Positions 24,784-35,800 of a DNA stretch of 64,000 nucleotides are shown here, in pieces. This DNA comes from a virus. Below the pieces are notes generated by a model. It was given only the letters and a program-made list of their open reading frames with translations, was not told where the DNA came from and made no database searches. The first letter of the stretch is position 1. Each line of letters starts with the position of its first letter. The position numbers were made by a program, and so were the translations under genes. Where the stretch lies: IMG/VR virus record IMGVR_UViG_3300025598_000024, positions 32,001 to 96,000 of that record, one strand, 5' to 3'.

Positions 24784-26003
24784 CAGTGCCCGATGATCTC
24801 AAACTTTGGGCAAGGCACAATAAACTTGCCACCATCCCGCAAGTAATCCTGTTCACGCGCCACAAATTCATTGATGAAGTGCCATGGTAATACCAGCAGG
24901 TAGTCGGGCTTGGCTGCTCGCATCTCTTCTTCACTGTAGATAGGGATCTCAGTGCCTACCGTCTTCAGGCCAAACTTGTAGTGGCTACGCTCAGCGATAC
25001 CATCAATAAGAGTGTGATCTAGACCAAAGTATTGTAGAAGGGTGTTACCCTTGGTGCTTGCACCATAACCCCAGACGGTCTTGCCCTCAGCTTTTGCCTG
25101 CTTGATAAAGCTATAGGTCTGCTCCTTGAGATCCAGCAAACGCTGATAGAACTCGCTCCATACTTCAGGAGTGTTATACCCCTTTGCTTCTTCATACTCT
25201 AGCAATGAGTTGACACGGTAGTTGCACACATCACGGTATGGTTGAGTACCAAAGCGTGTGATATCAGCTCCACTCTTCATGGCATAAACACGGAAAGAAC
25301 CACCGTTGATATCATTCAGCTGAGTATCTATGATCTGAAAACCGTTCTCATTAAACAGTTTCTTTATCGATGCTAGCGAATGATAGTACAGGTGCTCATG
25401 ACAAATATTATCAAAAGCCATCTGCTCAATCATGAGTGGTGTGTAGCTCATCTGCACAACCAGCAGTCCATCATCATTCATGACGCTGGCAAGGTCCTGT
25501 AGAAATACGTCAGGGTGCTCCAGGTCATAAAACATTGCAATGATAGTAACCACGTCAGCCTTGGTGTGACCAAGGGGCGAGTTGCGATATGCTTCAGCAG
25601 AAAAATAATCCTGAATAATCAGATCAGCATGATGTGAGGACTCTGCCTTGAACGTGTCATCTACCGGATCGATACCAATTCGGGTATATCCACCAGGAAC
25701 AAAGCTGAGCAGGGTGCCATCATTACAAGCGATATCTAGCCACACAGGTGATTCAGGCATCTTGTATGTTGAATGAATAGACTCTACAATGCCCTTAAGC
25801 TCATTAGTCATTGTTGCATTAATGCCAGACCGGTACCAGTAGCGACCATACATAAACTCGCCGGGTGTTACTTCTTCCAGCCGTGCAGCCTTACGTTGTT
25901 CATCAAACACCATCTTTAGACCGACGCGACCAGCACGGTAGTCTTCACCAGGCTTGACGAAGTCTGATACGTACAATTCACCTAGGTCGAATAGTTCTTT
26001 CAT
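24783..26003 (-). CDS. NDP-hexose C-methyltransferase-like protein
   Basis: YWYRSG, LDIACNDGTLL, FDNICHEHLYY, NGGSFR, GYGASTKGNTLLQ, LVLPWHF, FIVPCP. Confidence 0.88.
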   Translation of the reverse strand: MKELFDLGELYVSDFVKPGEDYRAGRVGLKMVFDEQRKAARLEEVTPGEFMYGRYWYRSGINATMTNELKGIVESIHSTYKMPESPVWLDIACNDGTLLSFVPGGYTRIGIDPVDDTFKAESSHHADLIIQDYFSAEAYRNSPLGHTKADVVTIIAMFYDLEHPDVFLQDLASVMNDDGLLVVQMSYTPLMIEQMAFDNICHEHLYYHSLASIKKLFNENGFQIIDTQLNDINGGSFRVYAMKSGADITRFGTQPYRDVCNYRVNSLLEYEEAKGYNTPEVWSEFYQRLLDLKEQTYSFIKQAKAEGKTVWGYGASTKGNTLLQYFGLDHTLIDGIAERSHYKFGLKTVGTEIPIYSEEEMRAAKPDYLLVLPWHFINEFVAREQDYLRDGGKFIVPCPKFEIIGH

Positions 26004-26617
26004 ATGTTAACTTCTCCTAATATATCGGTACGAACGTACCAGTCTTCATACGGCTTCTGATAATATAGAGGGTTTGTATCCAGGCATGGTGCATCTTCTA
26101 CAACACGAGTAAACCCATTAGTGGTTAAAAGATCATATAGTTTATTTTTGTTTGTGTCTCCCCAGCAGTACAGATTGTGTTCTACCGTTAATGCTCCGAT
26201 CTTCCAGCGATAGAAGTCAAAGCACTTTAATATATCATACTCATGACCCTCTACGTCAATAGATAAATAGTCAATAAACTCAGGAGCATCATACTGTTCG
26301 AGTACAGTATTCAACATCATGCATGGAACTTCTGATCCATACTCAGAGATAGAATCACTACCAAAACGTATGGTGCCATCATAATCACTTACGGCTGCAA
26401 ACACATTTTGACTGGTTCTATTCCCAACAAGCCTGTCGTAGGCACCACGATTCGCTTCGATACAGATACCAGTCCAACCTAGTTCTTTTTCTAGGAAAGC
26501 TGTGTTGCTGCTCTGCAAACCATCATATGCACCAATGTCTAAGAACGTACCTCTACGTTTTCCATTGAATATCTTATTTACCCATTCATCCTGACCGGAC
26601 TGAGCGTAGTATGTCAT
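26000..26617 (-). CDS. FkbM family methyltransferase
   Basis: YAQ.GQD, FLDIGAYDG..SNT, WTGICIEAN, IDYLSIDVEGHE, TVEHN. Confidence 0.88.
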   Translation of the reverse strand: MTYYAQSGQDEWVNKIFNGKRRGTFLDIGAYDGLQSSNTAFLEKELGWTGICIEANRGAYDRLVGNRTSQNVFAAVSDYDGTIRFGSDSISEYGSEVPCMMLNTVLEQYDAPEFIDYLSIDVEGHEYDILKCFDFYRWKIGALTVEHNLYCWGDTNKNKLYDLLTTNGFTRVVEDAPCLDTNPLYYQKPYEDWYVRTDILGEVNI

Positions 26618-27534
26618 AATAGCTCCAGCACTCTGTTAACAGTAGAGCAGACAGACTCATCGCTCCACTCAGATTTTAGCACTTCGTTCACTGTCGTTCC
26701 CTGATTGATGATTGATTCAAGGCTGAAATTATCACAATTAATCTCTGGGAATCTGTTGTTGATATGCCTGAACATGTCAGAACTATTAACAGCAAATGGT
26801 GAAGTTGTCCTTGGCATATAATCAATAACTGATGACAATCCATTGCCAGGAAGTGGATGGTATGTGAATACATTAATATCATTAGCACATAGAAAATCCA
26901 TAAGCTGCTGATCTGTAACGAACTCAGTATTGATGTTTAGCTGAATGCCTGGTTTGATAATCGCAGCACGACAACTATCAATCACTGAAGAAAGCAGGCT
27001 ACCATTAGGATCAATAAATTCTGACCGTGTCATGTGTAAGTTAATAACTGCCTCATCGTACTGGTCTTGCACAAGATTGCATAGATCATTAAAGCCCTTG
27101 TGGTGGAACGCCAGACCAAAGCTACCAATATTTATAATGCTATTCTTTACTCTTCGGTTCTCTAATGTTACATCTGGCATTGGTCTTGGCAGTGCGAACT
27201 GCATGCTCGATTCGTTCGCAGTCATATCAGTCATCAAGAATGCATCATGCTTCAAGTGCACTGGCAGGCCAGCATCATGGTAAACATAGACCTGCTTGGC
27301 ATTGATCTGGTTTGTTAATGTGGTTGTTACCCAGTTAGCAGTAATATTGTTATAGTTATAGATGACCACATCAGGTTGATAAATATTTAATTCTTCAAGA
27401 AAAAAATCTTGCGACTGTGTCTCAATAAGATAGAAACGGTCTTCATCAGAGTTACACAGTATTTCAAAAAGCCTGTTTCCATACTGATATACACCACAAC
27501 CTTTCTGGTAGTGGTTGACTAGCATCACCTTCAT
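26614..27534 (-). CDS. GT-B (GT4-like) glycosyltransferase
   Basis: CGVYQYG, IGSFG...KGF, L..NDINVF.Y, GLSSVID. Confidence 0.65.
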   Translation of the reverse strand: MKVMLVNHYQKGCGVYQYGNRLFEILCNSDEDRFYLIETQSQDFFLEELNIYQPDVVIYNYNNITANWVTTTLTNQINAKQVYVYHDAGLPVHLKHDAFLMTDMTANESSMQFALPRPMPDVTLENRRVKNSIINIGSFGLAFHHKGFNDLCNLVQDQYDEAVINLHMTRSEFIDPNGSLLSSVIDSCRAAIIKPGIQLNINTEFVTDQQLMDFLCANDINVFTYHPLPGNGLSSVIDYMPRTTSPFAVNSSDMFRHINNRFPEINCDNFSLESIINQGTTVNEVLKSEWSDESVCSTVNRVLELL

Positions 27535-28298
27535 TACAAACCTTTAATAAGATGTTTTAATATGTGTTGATTATTACGAATGTACTCAGGGTATCTCTCA
27601 TCGATTGGCACAACCTCGAGAACATTGTTTCGACCAAAGATATCGGCATTGTTATTAATATTATCTTCTATACTGTTCAACACACCGTCATGGTTGAACT
27701 CACTATGGGCATAAGAAATGATCTTTTTTCTGACGAGATCTTTACCACCCAAAAATGACCAGTGCCAGCCAGCATCTTGCACCATAATCGGATGATAGTT
27801 AATGATACCCCAATCTCCTCGTAACGACTGCAGGTCTATAGAGTTATAGTTGCTTATGCTTAGAGCTCGAGTGCCTGACCACTGTTCTGTTGTATTCACA
27901 TTGTTTAAATAGTACTGATGCATGGTCTGTTCAAAAGCATAGTAATATTGTGGGTCCCAAAGCTCATCTCTGATAATCTTTAGCTTTACAGGGTCAGGCA
28001 CCTCATCAATATCACTGATCATAACCATATCATCATGGCTGTATTCACTAAGATCAACCTTGTATTGACGTTGATAGTTTTCTCTACCCCAGTTGTCCAG
28101 GCCGTCAGGGAATCTTATTGTAATCAGATGGACACGATCATCAGGGTATGATTGTAAGCATCCCTTATCATCACCCTGGTGAGTCTTATCTGCTTGGATG
28201 ATGTAAAAAGCATCAACGATATCATTCAATATATTAATCCTGAGATCAAGCATCTCAATCTCATTATTGAACATTGCAACATCAATGATCTTTGGCAT
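27534..28298 (-). CDS. GT17-like (MGAT3-type GlcNAc transferase) glycosyltransferase
   Basis: D..MFNNE.EML.LR..L...VD.F, THQG.K, RENYQR, ISDIDEVP, GWHWSFLG..KI.SYAH.E. Confidence 0.85.
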   Translation of the reverse strand: MPKIIDVAMFNNEIEMLDLRINILNDIVDAFYIIQADKTHQGDDKGCLQSYPDDRVHLITIRFPDGLDNWGRENYQRQYKVDLSEYSHDDMVMISDIDEVPDPVKLKIIRDELWDPQYYYAFEQTMHQYYLNNVNTTEQWSGTRALSISNYNSIDLQSLRGDWGIINYHPIMVQDAGWHWSFLGGKDLVRKKIISYAHSEFNHDGVLNSIEDNINNNADIFGRNNVLEVVPIDERYPEYIRNNQHILKHLIKGL

Positions 28299-28301
28299 GA
28301 T

Positions 28302-29573
28302 CTATCGCTTTTTAAGCAGGTTAGCAGTCTTTGACTTGTTTGCAGCACGGTTGAATACATCGATCCACTGCTTGCATACCTCTTGCCAGGTGTTATGCTT
28401 GACCCACTTGTATGCATTCTCCGCACGCTGCTTGGCTTGAGCAGGATTGTTCTTGATGAACTCGATTGCATCAGCTGCAGCCTGTACATCCATGAGCGGA
28501 CGCATGCGCTCGTTATCATTCTCCTTGATGATCCAGTGGCTGGGAGTATGTCCACTGGGTACTCGCCAGCCTCTGTCATCGCCCAAGATCTCAGGAACAC
28601 TGGTGTTATCTGGTGCTACTACTGGCAGCTTGGTTGCCATGGCCTCAGTGATTGTAAGGCCCCAACCCTCACCGTGTGTTGTAGTCAAGAAAACATCACT
28701 GGAATTATAGATGCTGTTCAACATCTCTATAGGGAAACCACTGTGCGCACTGAACTGCTGAGGGTTAGGGATTGTGAAGTCCTGCTCGAACTGAACACCA
28801 ATAGACCTTGCCATCTCCAGCACGCTACCGCCAAAGTCTGTCTCCTGCATGTGCATGTAGAAGTAGATATCTTCGTGTCCACGATCCTTTAGCTCCTTTA
28901 AGATCATGAGGGTTCGTGAGATGTCCTTGCGCCCCTGGTTGCGGTTCACGTTTGTAACAATAAACTTGTCCTGAAGCTGTGGTGGGAACACTGTGCTGCG
29001 GGCTGTGCGCTTTTGGACATCATGCAGAACGTAGAAGTCGCTGATGTTGGTGCCATGGTAGATTACATCCTGCTTGTCCGCCAGACTGCCAATGAACTTT
29101 CTGCTCTCTTCCTTGGCATACTCTGTGTATGCGACTGGGAAGTCAAAGGCAGCGACACACTGAGTTACCCACTCTTCCCTGGGAGCACAGTCAAACGGGT
29201 AGTAGAAGATGGTGCTGAACGAATGTTGCTTGGTGCGCTGCAGCTCGAGTAGGTGCTGTACGATTGGTAGCACAATGAATGTATCCTGAACAATGAACAC
29301 AACATCGTAGTCGCCCTGGTTCAACAGGTCCAGGAACACCTGTCGGCCAAACACATCGCCGTATGGTCCCTGAGTGCGTAGTGCACTGATTGCTGGCCAC
29401 AAACGGCCTGGCCACTTGTTTGTGTCATAAGGTCCACCATCATAGTTAACACCAACCACATCGATATCGTACTTGCCCGTAGCGTTAAGGTTGGTCATGA
29501 TGTTACGCATGACCGTACCAAACCCGGTGCCACATGCATAGTCACCCCATGCAAGCACTCGTGTTTTACTCAT
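28302..29573 (-). CDS. GT4 glycosyltransferase
   Basis: TGFG.V, VIYHG, NVNRNQGRK, YNSSDVFL...GEGWGL...EAMA..PVVAP. Confidence 0.88.
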   Translation of the reverse strand: MSKTRVLAWGDYACGTGFGTVMRNIMTNLNATGKYDIDVVGVNYDGGPYDTNKWPGRLWPAISALRTQGPYGDVFGRQVFLDLLNQGDYDVVFIVQDTFIVLPIVQHLLELQRTKQHSFSTIFYYPFDCAPREEWVTQCVAAFDFPVAYTEYAKEESRKFIGSLADKQDVIYHGTNISDFYVLHDVQKRTARSTVFPPQLQDKFIVTNVNRNQGRKDISRTLMILKELKDRGHEDIYFYMHMQETDFGGSVLEMARSIGVQFEQDFTIPNPQQFSAHSGFPIEMLNSIYNSSDVFLTTTHGEGWGLTITEAMATKLPVVAPDNTSVPEILGDDRGWRVPSGHTPSHWIIKENDNERMRPLMDVQAAADAIEFIKNNPAQAKQRAENAYKWVKHNTWQEVCKQWIDVFNRAANKSKTANLLKKR

Positions 29574-30280
29574 AGTTGTCTCCATTCAATCGGGCTAAGG
29601 TCAGGACTATTATATGGTGTTTTGTATAGCTCATTCAAGTTCTTGTTAGCACTACCCCATTTTTGGATGTAGTAGTTACCACTTTTGATTGAGTTGACAG
29701 GCTGTGTCAGCTTCTTGGTTGTCTGGTGTCTGCGGTGAACGTATGGGATCTGTGTCTGCACAGCGTTCAACCCCAGCAGGTGAATACGGTACTTCATGTC
29801 CGTGTCTTCCCACCAGGCTGGATCAAAGTTCTCATCAAAGGCTCCGCACCTATCAAAGAAATCGCTCTTGATGATAAAGCAAGAGTAACTCTGATCTTCG
29901 ATGGCCTGAGTGGTGAACTCTTGACCTTCTACAAACAAAATATCATAGTCATCTGTCAGGTCATCTTTCACATCCACCGGGTACATCATCACAGTGGATC
30001 TATCGACGTGCTTTGTGAACCTGTCAACCAGATCATCTATGGTTTGTGGAGCAAATATAACGTCATCATTGCTCACAATGATATAGTCACAAGAGCCATC
30101 CAGTGCCTGGCGGATGCCATTGTTCCAGGCTGCTGCTAGTGGGACCTGGAACAGATACTGTGGCTGAATATAGATCCTTAGATCATGTCGTGTCTTGGCA
30201 GAGTAGATCAGATCTATCGCCTGATCAAAGTTATTCAGCACTGGTACTACCAGGCCAACGCGCAGTGCTCCGTCAGTCAT
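29570..30280 (-). CDS. GT2 glycosyltransferase
   Basis: LVVPVLN, AAAWNNGI, VSNDDV, GAFDENF.PAWWEDTD. Confidence 0.85.
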   Translation of the reverse strand: MTDGALRVGLVVPVLNNFDQAIDLIYSAKTRHDLRIYIQPQYLFQVPLAAAWNNGIRQALDGSCDYIIVSNDDVIFAPQTIDDLVDRFTKHVDRSTVMMYPVDVKDDLTDDYDILFVEGQEFTTQAIEDQSYSCFIIKSDFFDRCGAFDENFDPAWWEDTDMKYRIHLLGLNAVQTQIPYVHRRHQTTKKLTQPVNSIKSGNYYIQKWGSANKNLNELYKTPYNSPDLSPIEWRQL

Positions 30281-30773
30281 AGTAAAACATATCCTCAAAA
30301 GTTATTTCATCAGGATAGTAATAGTTACTAACCAATTCGCTAGTGTTCATTATAGTTGGTAGCGCCGAACGAGTCAAGGACTGTTGCAACATAGCTTTTT
30401 CTAGCAGGTTCTGACGCTCCAGGAAATCAAAGTTAATTGGCTGAAGTTGTACGCCTGTCTCCTTGCGGATCTTTTCACGCTGTACAGGGTTAGTGCCAGC
30501 CCAGTATCCGTACTCTTCATGCTCAAGCGCATGCTGAAGGCAATCAGGCTTTACCGGGCAAGATAAGCATGCATCAACAACTTGCTGGCATACCTTCTGA
30601 CCACGACCAACATAGAACTTGTCGGTATCAAGATCCTTACAGGCTGACAGATCGTGCCAGTCGTAATCAATGGAGCTGGAAGGGCCTCGGGAGGAGTCTA
30701 GGTCAGACGCCGACTGCAACTCCCGAGGAAGACCAGGCCCTTCGAGGAGGGGGAACCCCTCGTTACTTGGCAC
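30273..30773 (-). CDS. whiB: WhiB family transcription factor
   Basis: W..LSAC..D...F...C.SCPV..DCL.HAL....GYWAGT...R; start uncertain. Confidence 0.85.
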   Translation of the reverse strand: MPSNEGFPLLEGPGLPRELQSASDLDSSRGPSSSIDYDWHDLSACKDLDTDKFYVGRGQKVCQQVVDACLSCPVKPDCLQHALEHEEYGYWAGTNPVQREKIRKETGVQLQPINFDFLERQNLLEKAMLQQSLTRSALPTIMNTSELVSNYYYPDEITFEDMFYYD

Positions 30774-30981
30774 GGGTCTTACCCATCTTTACATTGCTGC
30801 GCCGGTAATTTTCAGCAGATTTAATCAGGTCAACAATGTACTCTGCGTACTGTCTTGCCTTATGCTCATCATCAGGCTTGTGACCAACAGTGAACTGCAT
30901 GCCTACCAGAGTACTGTGTGTTTGACCACTGGTGATGTACTCCGTGATGTCATCAACGATCTGCTGCTGTGTCTTGTTCAT
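30763..30981 (-). CDS. hypothetical protein
   Basis: AAGGAG RBS. Confidence 0.55.
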   Translation of the reverse strand: MNKTQQQIVDDITEYITSGQTHSTLVGMQFTVGHKPDDEHKARQYAEYIVDLIKSAENYRRSNVKMGKTRAK

Positions 30982-30991
30982 TGCACTCTCC

Positions 30992-32884
30992 TTAGAACAG
31001 TAAACCTTGTGGGGTCATGTCAACTGTATCATCCATGTCTACCAGCTCGTCAACCACCCCACGGATGGCTGCTGCTTCTGCTCTGCGACGCAGCACCTTG
31101 CTGTCAACACGCTCTTCAATGGTATCACTCGCAACTGCACGGTATGTCCAGGTGTGACTGATGCCTTTGCTCTTGCTGTCTGCACGATTGATCCTGTCCT
31201 TGCGCTGCTTGTATTCAGCATAAGTCCTGGGAATCTCAATGTTCCACAGATATGGTGCATACAGGTTAGCACCCTCTTGTAGAACATCACTGGTGATCAG
31301 GATAGCACCACCACGGGTCTCATTAAACGTCTTGATATTTCTGGCAGCTGTTTCAGTATCCATACCAACTCCCCAGATTGCCAGCACCGGGATGTCACCA
31401 CCAAAACGACGCTTGAGCTCTTCATAGTAGGGGAACAGTGTGCCGTTGGTCCAGAAGCTGAACAGCACTGCCTTTTCACCATTCTCGATATAGCTCTCCA
31501 TGCTGTTCTCAATCAACTGGTACTTGGCACTGTGCTGAATATCCAGCTGATCACCAAACTGTGCATGAATCTCTTTGGCAAACTTGCCATCACTGGTCTT
31601 TAGTCCAGCTGTGGTGTTACAGATCATTCTGAGCGTATCAATGCTGGACCAGCTGGCAGCAACGTTATCAGGGTTGTAACGCTCACGTGCAACACGTTCT
31701 GCCCAGTCGTAAATCTCGCGGTCACTATCGCTGAGATCGTAAATAACACGCTTGGCAATGTTTTCTGGGAACTGAGCACGGATTGTTGGATCACTCTTCA
31801 TTGCGATGTGTGTCCAGTCTTCATGCTTTTTACCGAGCAATGGAAGCTTGGCACGATCCCATTCCTTTACGTACATCTCATTAACATAACCATTTCGGTA
31901 ATAGCTGATTTCTTTACCGTAAAAGAGTTTGAAAGCATCTCTTGAGAGGTTACTAACGTCTGGAATACCAGGAGCGATAACTTCAAAAATGTTCCTGATG
32001 TTCAAAGGGCTGGTGGTGTATGGAGTAGCAGTAAGTGCCAGAACCATTGAGCTGTGTTCCGGTGAGTTAATCAGCTGAGCAAACCCCTCGCTCATTAGAC
32101 TCTTACCAGTATTAATCTTTTGAGCTTCATCTATAATGATTAATACTCTTTTATCTTTAATCATAGATAGAATCTGTAGTAAATCAGTTCTATCATAAGA
32201 CTTAACTTTTTTCTTTTGACCCTTGACTTTTGAAAGATTACCCTCTCGGATCTTTTCATAGTTAAGAACCATAACATTGCTGGTGTCATTTTGGTATAAA
32301 TCATGACGTTTTTGACGGGTCAATTTGTCACTAACACGAGTGACAGAAAGGTACGTCATTCTTCTAAATTCCTGCTCCCAGTCATGCTGTTTGATCTTCT
32401 TACAGAACACGAGAACCATGTCGATATCGCCAGCATCAAAAAGCTTCTGGCTGGTCAAACAGCTGAGTAGTGTCTTACCGGCTCCCGTATCCCACTGCAC
32501 CAGCACGTTGGGGTTAACGGTATGCAGCTGTTCCCATACGTAGTTCAAACCAACATGCTGGAATGGGAACAGTTCATGATCGTCCAGGAACGGGCTGCGA
32601 ACATCATAAGGGTCTGATGCACAAGATACTAGCGTTCGGTAGCGGGCCTCGGTCTCATCGTCATCAAACACAACAGAGATGCCGTTTTCTCTAGCAATGC
32701 TGTCAAACTGTGCAATGCTGTCACGGTTGCGTAGTGTGCCCAGGCTGTCCCAATTGAATAACGATTCGATGCTCTTGTCCAGGGTGCTAAAGCGCAGGAC
32801 GCCATTGAGCAGATTGCTCTTCTGTACGAAAACGGTCTTACTGGTCACGCCATAGAGTGTAGCACCTGGTGACCAGCCTGTCAA
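30992..32884 (-). CDS. SNF2-like SF2 helicase
   Basis: LFPFQ, DTGAGKT, IIDEAQ, LTATP, EGANL, QRKDRINR. Confidence 0.85.
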   Translation of the reverse strand: MTGWSPGATLYGVTSKTVFVQKSNLLNGVLRFSTLDKSIESLFNWDSLGTLRNRDSIAQFDSIARENGISVVFDDDETEARYRTLVSCASDPYDVRSPFLDDHELFPFQHVGLNYVWEQLHTVNPNVLVQWDTGAGKTLLSCLTSQKLFDAGDIDMVLVFCKKIKQHDWEQEFRRMTYLSVTRVSDKLTRQKRHDLYQNDTSNVMVLNYEKIREGNLSKVKGQKKKVKSYDRTDLLQILSMIKDKRVLIIIDEAQKINTGKSLMSEGFAQLINSPEHSSMVLALTATPYTTSPLNIRNIFEVIAPGIPDVSNLSRDAFKLFYGKEISYYRNGYVNEMYVKEWDRAKLPLLGKKHEDWTHIAMKSDPTIRAQFPENIAKRVIYDLSDSDREIYDWAERVARERYNPDNVAASWSSIDTLRMICNTTAGLKTSDGKFAKEIHAQFGDQLDIQHSAKYQLIENSMESYIENGEKAVLFSFWTNGTLFPYYEELKRRFGGDIPVLAIWGVGMDTETAARNIKTFNETRGGAILITSDVLQEGANLYAPYLWNIEIPRTYAEYKQRKDRINRADSKSKGISHTWTYRAVASDTIEERVDSKVLRRRAEAAAIRGVVDELVDMDDTVDMTPQGLLF

Positions 32885-35800
32885 TCACATGTTTACGTAC
32901 GACACAGTGGTGTTGGCGACCTGCTCGATGCTGAACCTGGTGGGGTATACCTCTTTGTTCAACAGGAACAACTTCTTGCGGCTGGCTGGCGTGCGGCTGG
33001 ACAGCTCGTTGGTCTTGCTATCACCGATGTAATCGATGTTGGCACTAATGTAGTAGGGGTTGCCAGTGTACCTGGGAACTATGCTCAGGCTGGTAATGAA
33101 CACATTGGGGTCAAGAGCAGTCAGCCTGACCTGGATACCACTGGCTGCTGTGCCAGGTGATGTTGTACTGACAACTGAGTTGATGTTGTTGATGCCAGTT
33201 ATGATTGGCTTCCAGTTGCCGGACCCACTCTGTGTGGTGTACTCGTACCTGACTGGGTGGTAGAATGGTGAAAGCATGCTCATGTACATGATTTCATTCA
33301 CCTTGCTGTCAGTCTGGGATATCCGTGCAGAGAATGACTGGTAGTTGTTTCCCGAATATCCAGGCACCTCAATGTTGATCCAGGTTCCTATCGGAAGCGA
33401 GTTGCTTCTAAACTGCTTGTATGTGATCTCTGTAATGTTGCCAGAGTAGTCTGTACCCATCAAGCTAACACGATAGGTCCCATTGTTAGTTGATGGTAGG
33501 TACACTCTTGCAACAGCGCTGACTCTCATGCTGTTCCGGTCAGATGGGCTGACCCATGCGGTAACAGGTGTTGTGCTAACGCTTAGATCAAACAGGCTGA
33601 ACGGCGAACCAGATCCACTGATTACCATCTGAACAGTGTTGCTGGGGATACTGGATGACCAAATCCCGCCAGTCGCTGTAACAACATTGCTGCCGATACC
33701 AGAGGTCACTGTTGCCACGGTTCCAGTTACGGTTGTACCAGCAATTGGTTGACCTGTGGATGGGTTGATGAATTGTGTATACATTGTCAGGGTTGTATTG
33801 ACCTGAGGAACTCCACTGATCCCAGCGACCTGTATGTTGTTAAGGAAGTAGTAGTTAAGCCCACCACTAGGGACAGCATAGCCACCAAAACCAGCTACTG
33901 CATACGGGCTAGCACCAAACTGATCCATCCAGGCCTGTGTTCCGCTGGGGCTGTACACACCCGGGAGTGTGAATTTGTAAGCGGCTGAGAACTGGCCGCC
34001 ACTAACGCTGATGCCGCTAGAAGTGGCTCCAGACCATACAGTCACTGTTGTGTTACTTATAGTTGTACTGCCGAGAGCTGTCCATGAGCTTGTTCCGTTC
34101 AAGAAGTTGGCATCAAGGTAGTTAACAATATTAGAGCTCAAAGTATACAGTCCGGTCTGCACAGAATAAGAACCGGATACGGTTCCGGACAGTGCAATGA
34201 CATTGCTGGTGCTTCCAAAGTTAGATACCACATTTAATGGATAGGTTATATTAGACCCTGTTAGATTGCTTGTGTCTTTAAGAAGAACCTGATTATCAGG
34301 AAGAAAGCTCTGCCAGTCAGTTGTAAGGCCAGCTATGCTAAATCCTGTGAATTTATCAATGGTAGATACCCAGGGTGTTGTTGCAGTGTCATCAGGGTTC
34401 AGCATGATGTAACTGTTGTTATCCTGACCAGCAAAAGTGTTGTTGTTGTTTCTTGAGATCAAACTACCCAGAGATGGTTGTATGTTGTCATAGGATGTAT
34501 TCTCATAGAAAGCTGCTATATAGTACAACCCTACAAAGTATGCCTGATGCCATGTTTGATTTATTGTAATCTGTGTGTAGTTATGCACACGAGTGTCTGG
34601 GAACTTGCGCTGCAAAAACTGTGTGTATGTTTGATTGTTATATCTTCCATCAGTGCCAATCAGTTTGTAGCTGATGGTAGGATCAATCACCTGAGTTGAG
34701 CTGTTTGGCATTTGATTTGTTGTGCCACCAGTTGTTGAAGAGTTGAGCACACCAATAGCTGGCCAGGATGATGCATCAACACTATTAGCAGCACCAAACA
34801 TTGTAGAATATGTGCTGGTATAGATTGGCTGCTGGTTGTTGTTCGACCCAAAGAACGAATAGGTTTTTGTGTTGCCATCTATGATCGATGACTCTAGGCC
34901 AGTGAAGTACTCTTCTACATCATATGGGAATGCATTGATGGTCTTTGTAACCATATCGAATGGCAGGTCATAGATCTCAGGAACTAGCTGAACAAACTCT
35001 AGCTTGAGATACGTGCATTGCACTGTCGGTATCTCATAGATGCCACTGCGCAGAGAGAAATCTCTTTGTACAGGTGTCCAGGTAAACTGTGATGCATCTG
35101 TTCCAGTATTAGTGGTGTAGTAAAGATTAAATCTGCACCCATCATATACAGGGTTTATGTACAGCCTGTTCAGGGTTGTTATTGTTACACCATCACTAAC
35201 CTGCATGTAGAAGTTTACAATGGCATCACCAACGGGTTGTGGTTCACTCTTCCAGTAAGAGTGGCTATTGTTGTTTAGTGCGTTGCTAAGGCTATAAACC
35301 TTTTCATTGTATGTTTCAATAAAACCAAACTTGTTCTGTACAACAAATGGTTGTGGTACGCCGGATGCTGATACCGGCACATCGCTATAAGACTGTATAT
35401 TAAGCCTTATACTCAAGTTCTTTACACCGATAGAGTACGGTATATCAACAAGAGTATTTGTTAAGGCACTCTGTCGCTGTACTGTTTTCTGTCGAGTGAT
35501 TCTTATCTGGATGTAAGAACCTGACTGAATACTCAGAGTGCTGGTTGCAGCGTACTTTATATTTACCCAATCAGTAGTGGTATTGATGTCCGGACCACCA
35601 GTGATTACGAACGTAGAAGCATCAGAGATTGGGGTGCCATCACTCCATAGCAGTTCTACATAGCAGGGTACGTTAAGAACATTGAAGTTGATTGCATTAA
35701 AGTATGTTGTGTTAGAAACATAGAAATTTAATACAACTGGTGCGCTATTAGGACCACCAAAATCTTGCGATGAGATCCATTCTGTCTGCGTTGCAGGGTT

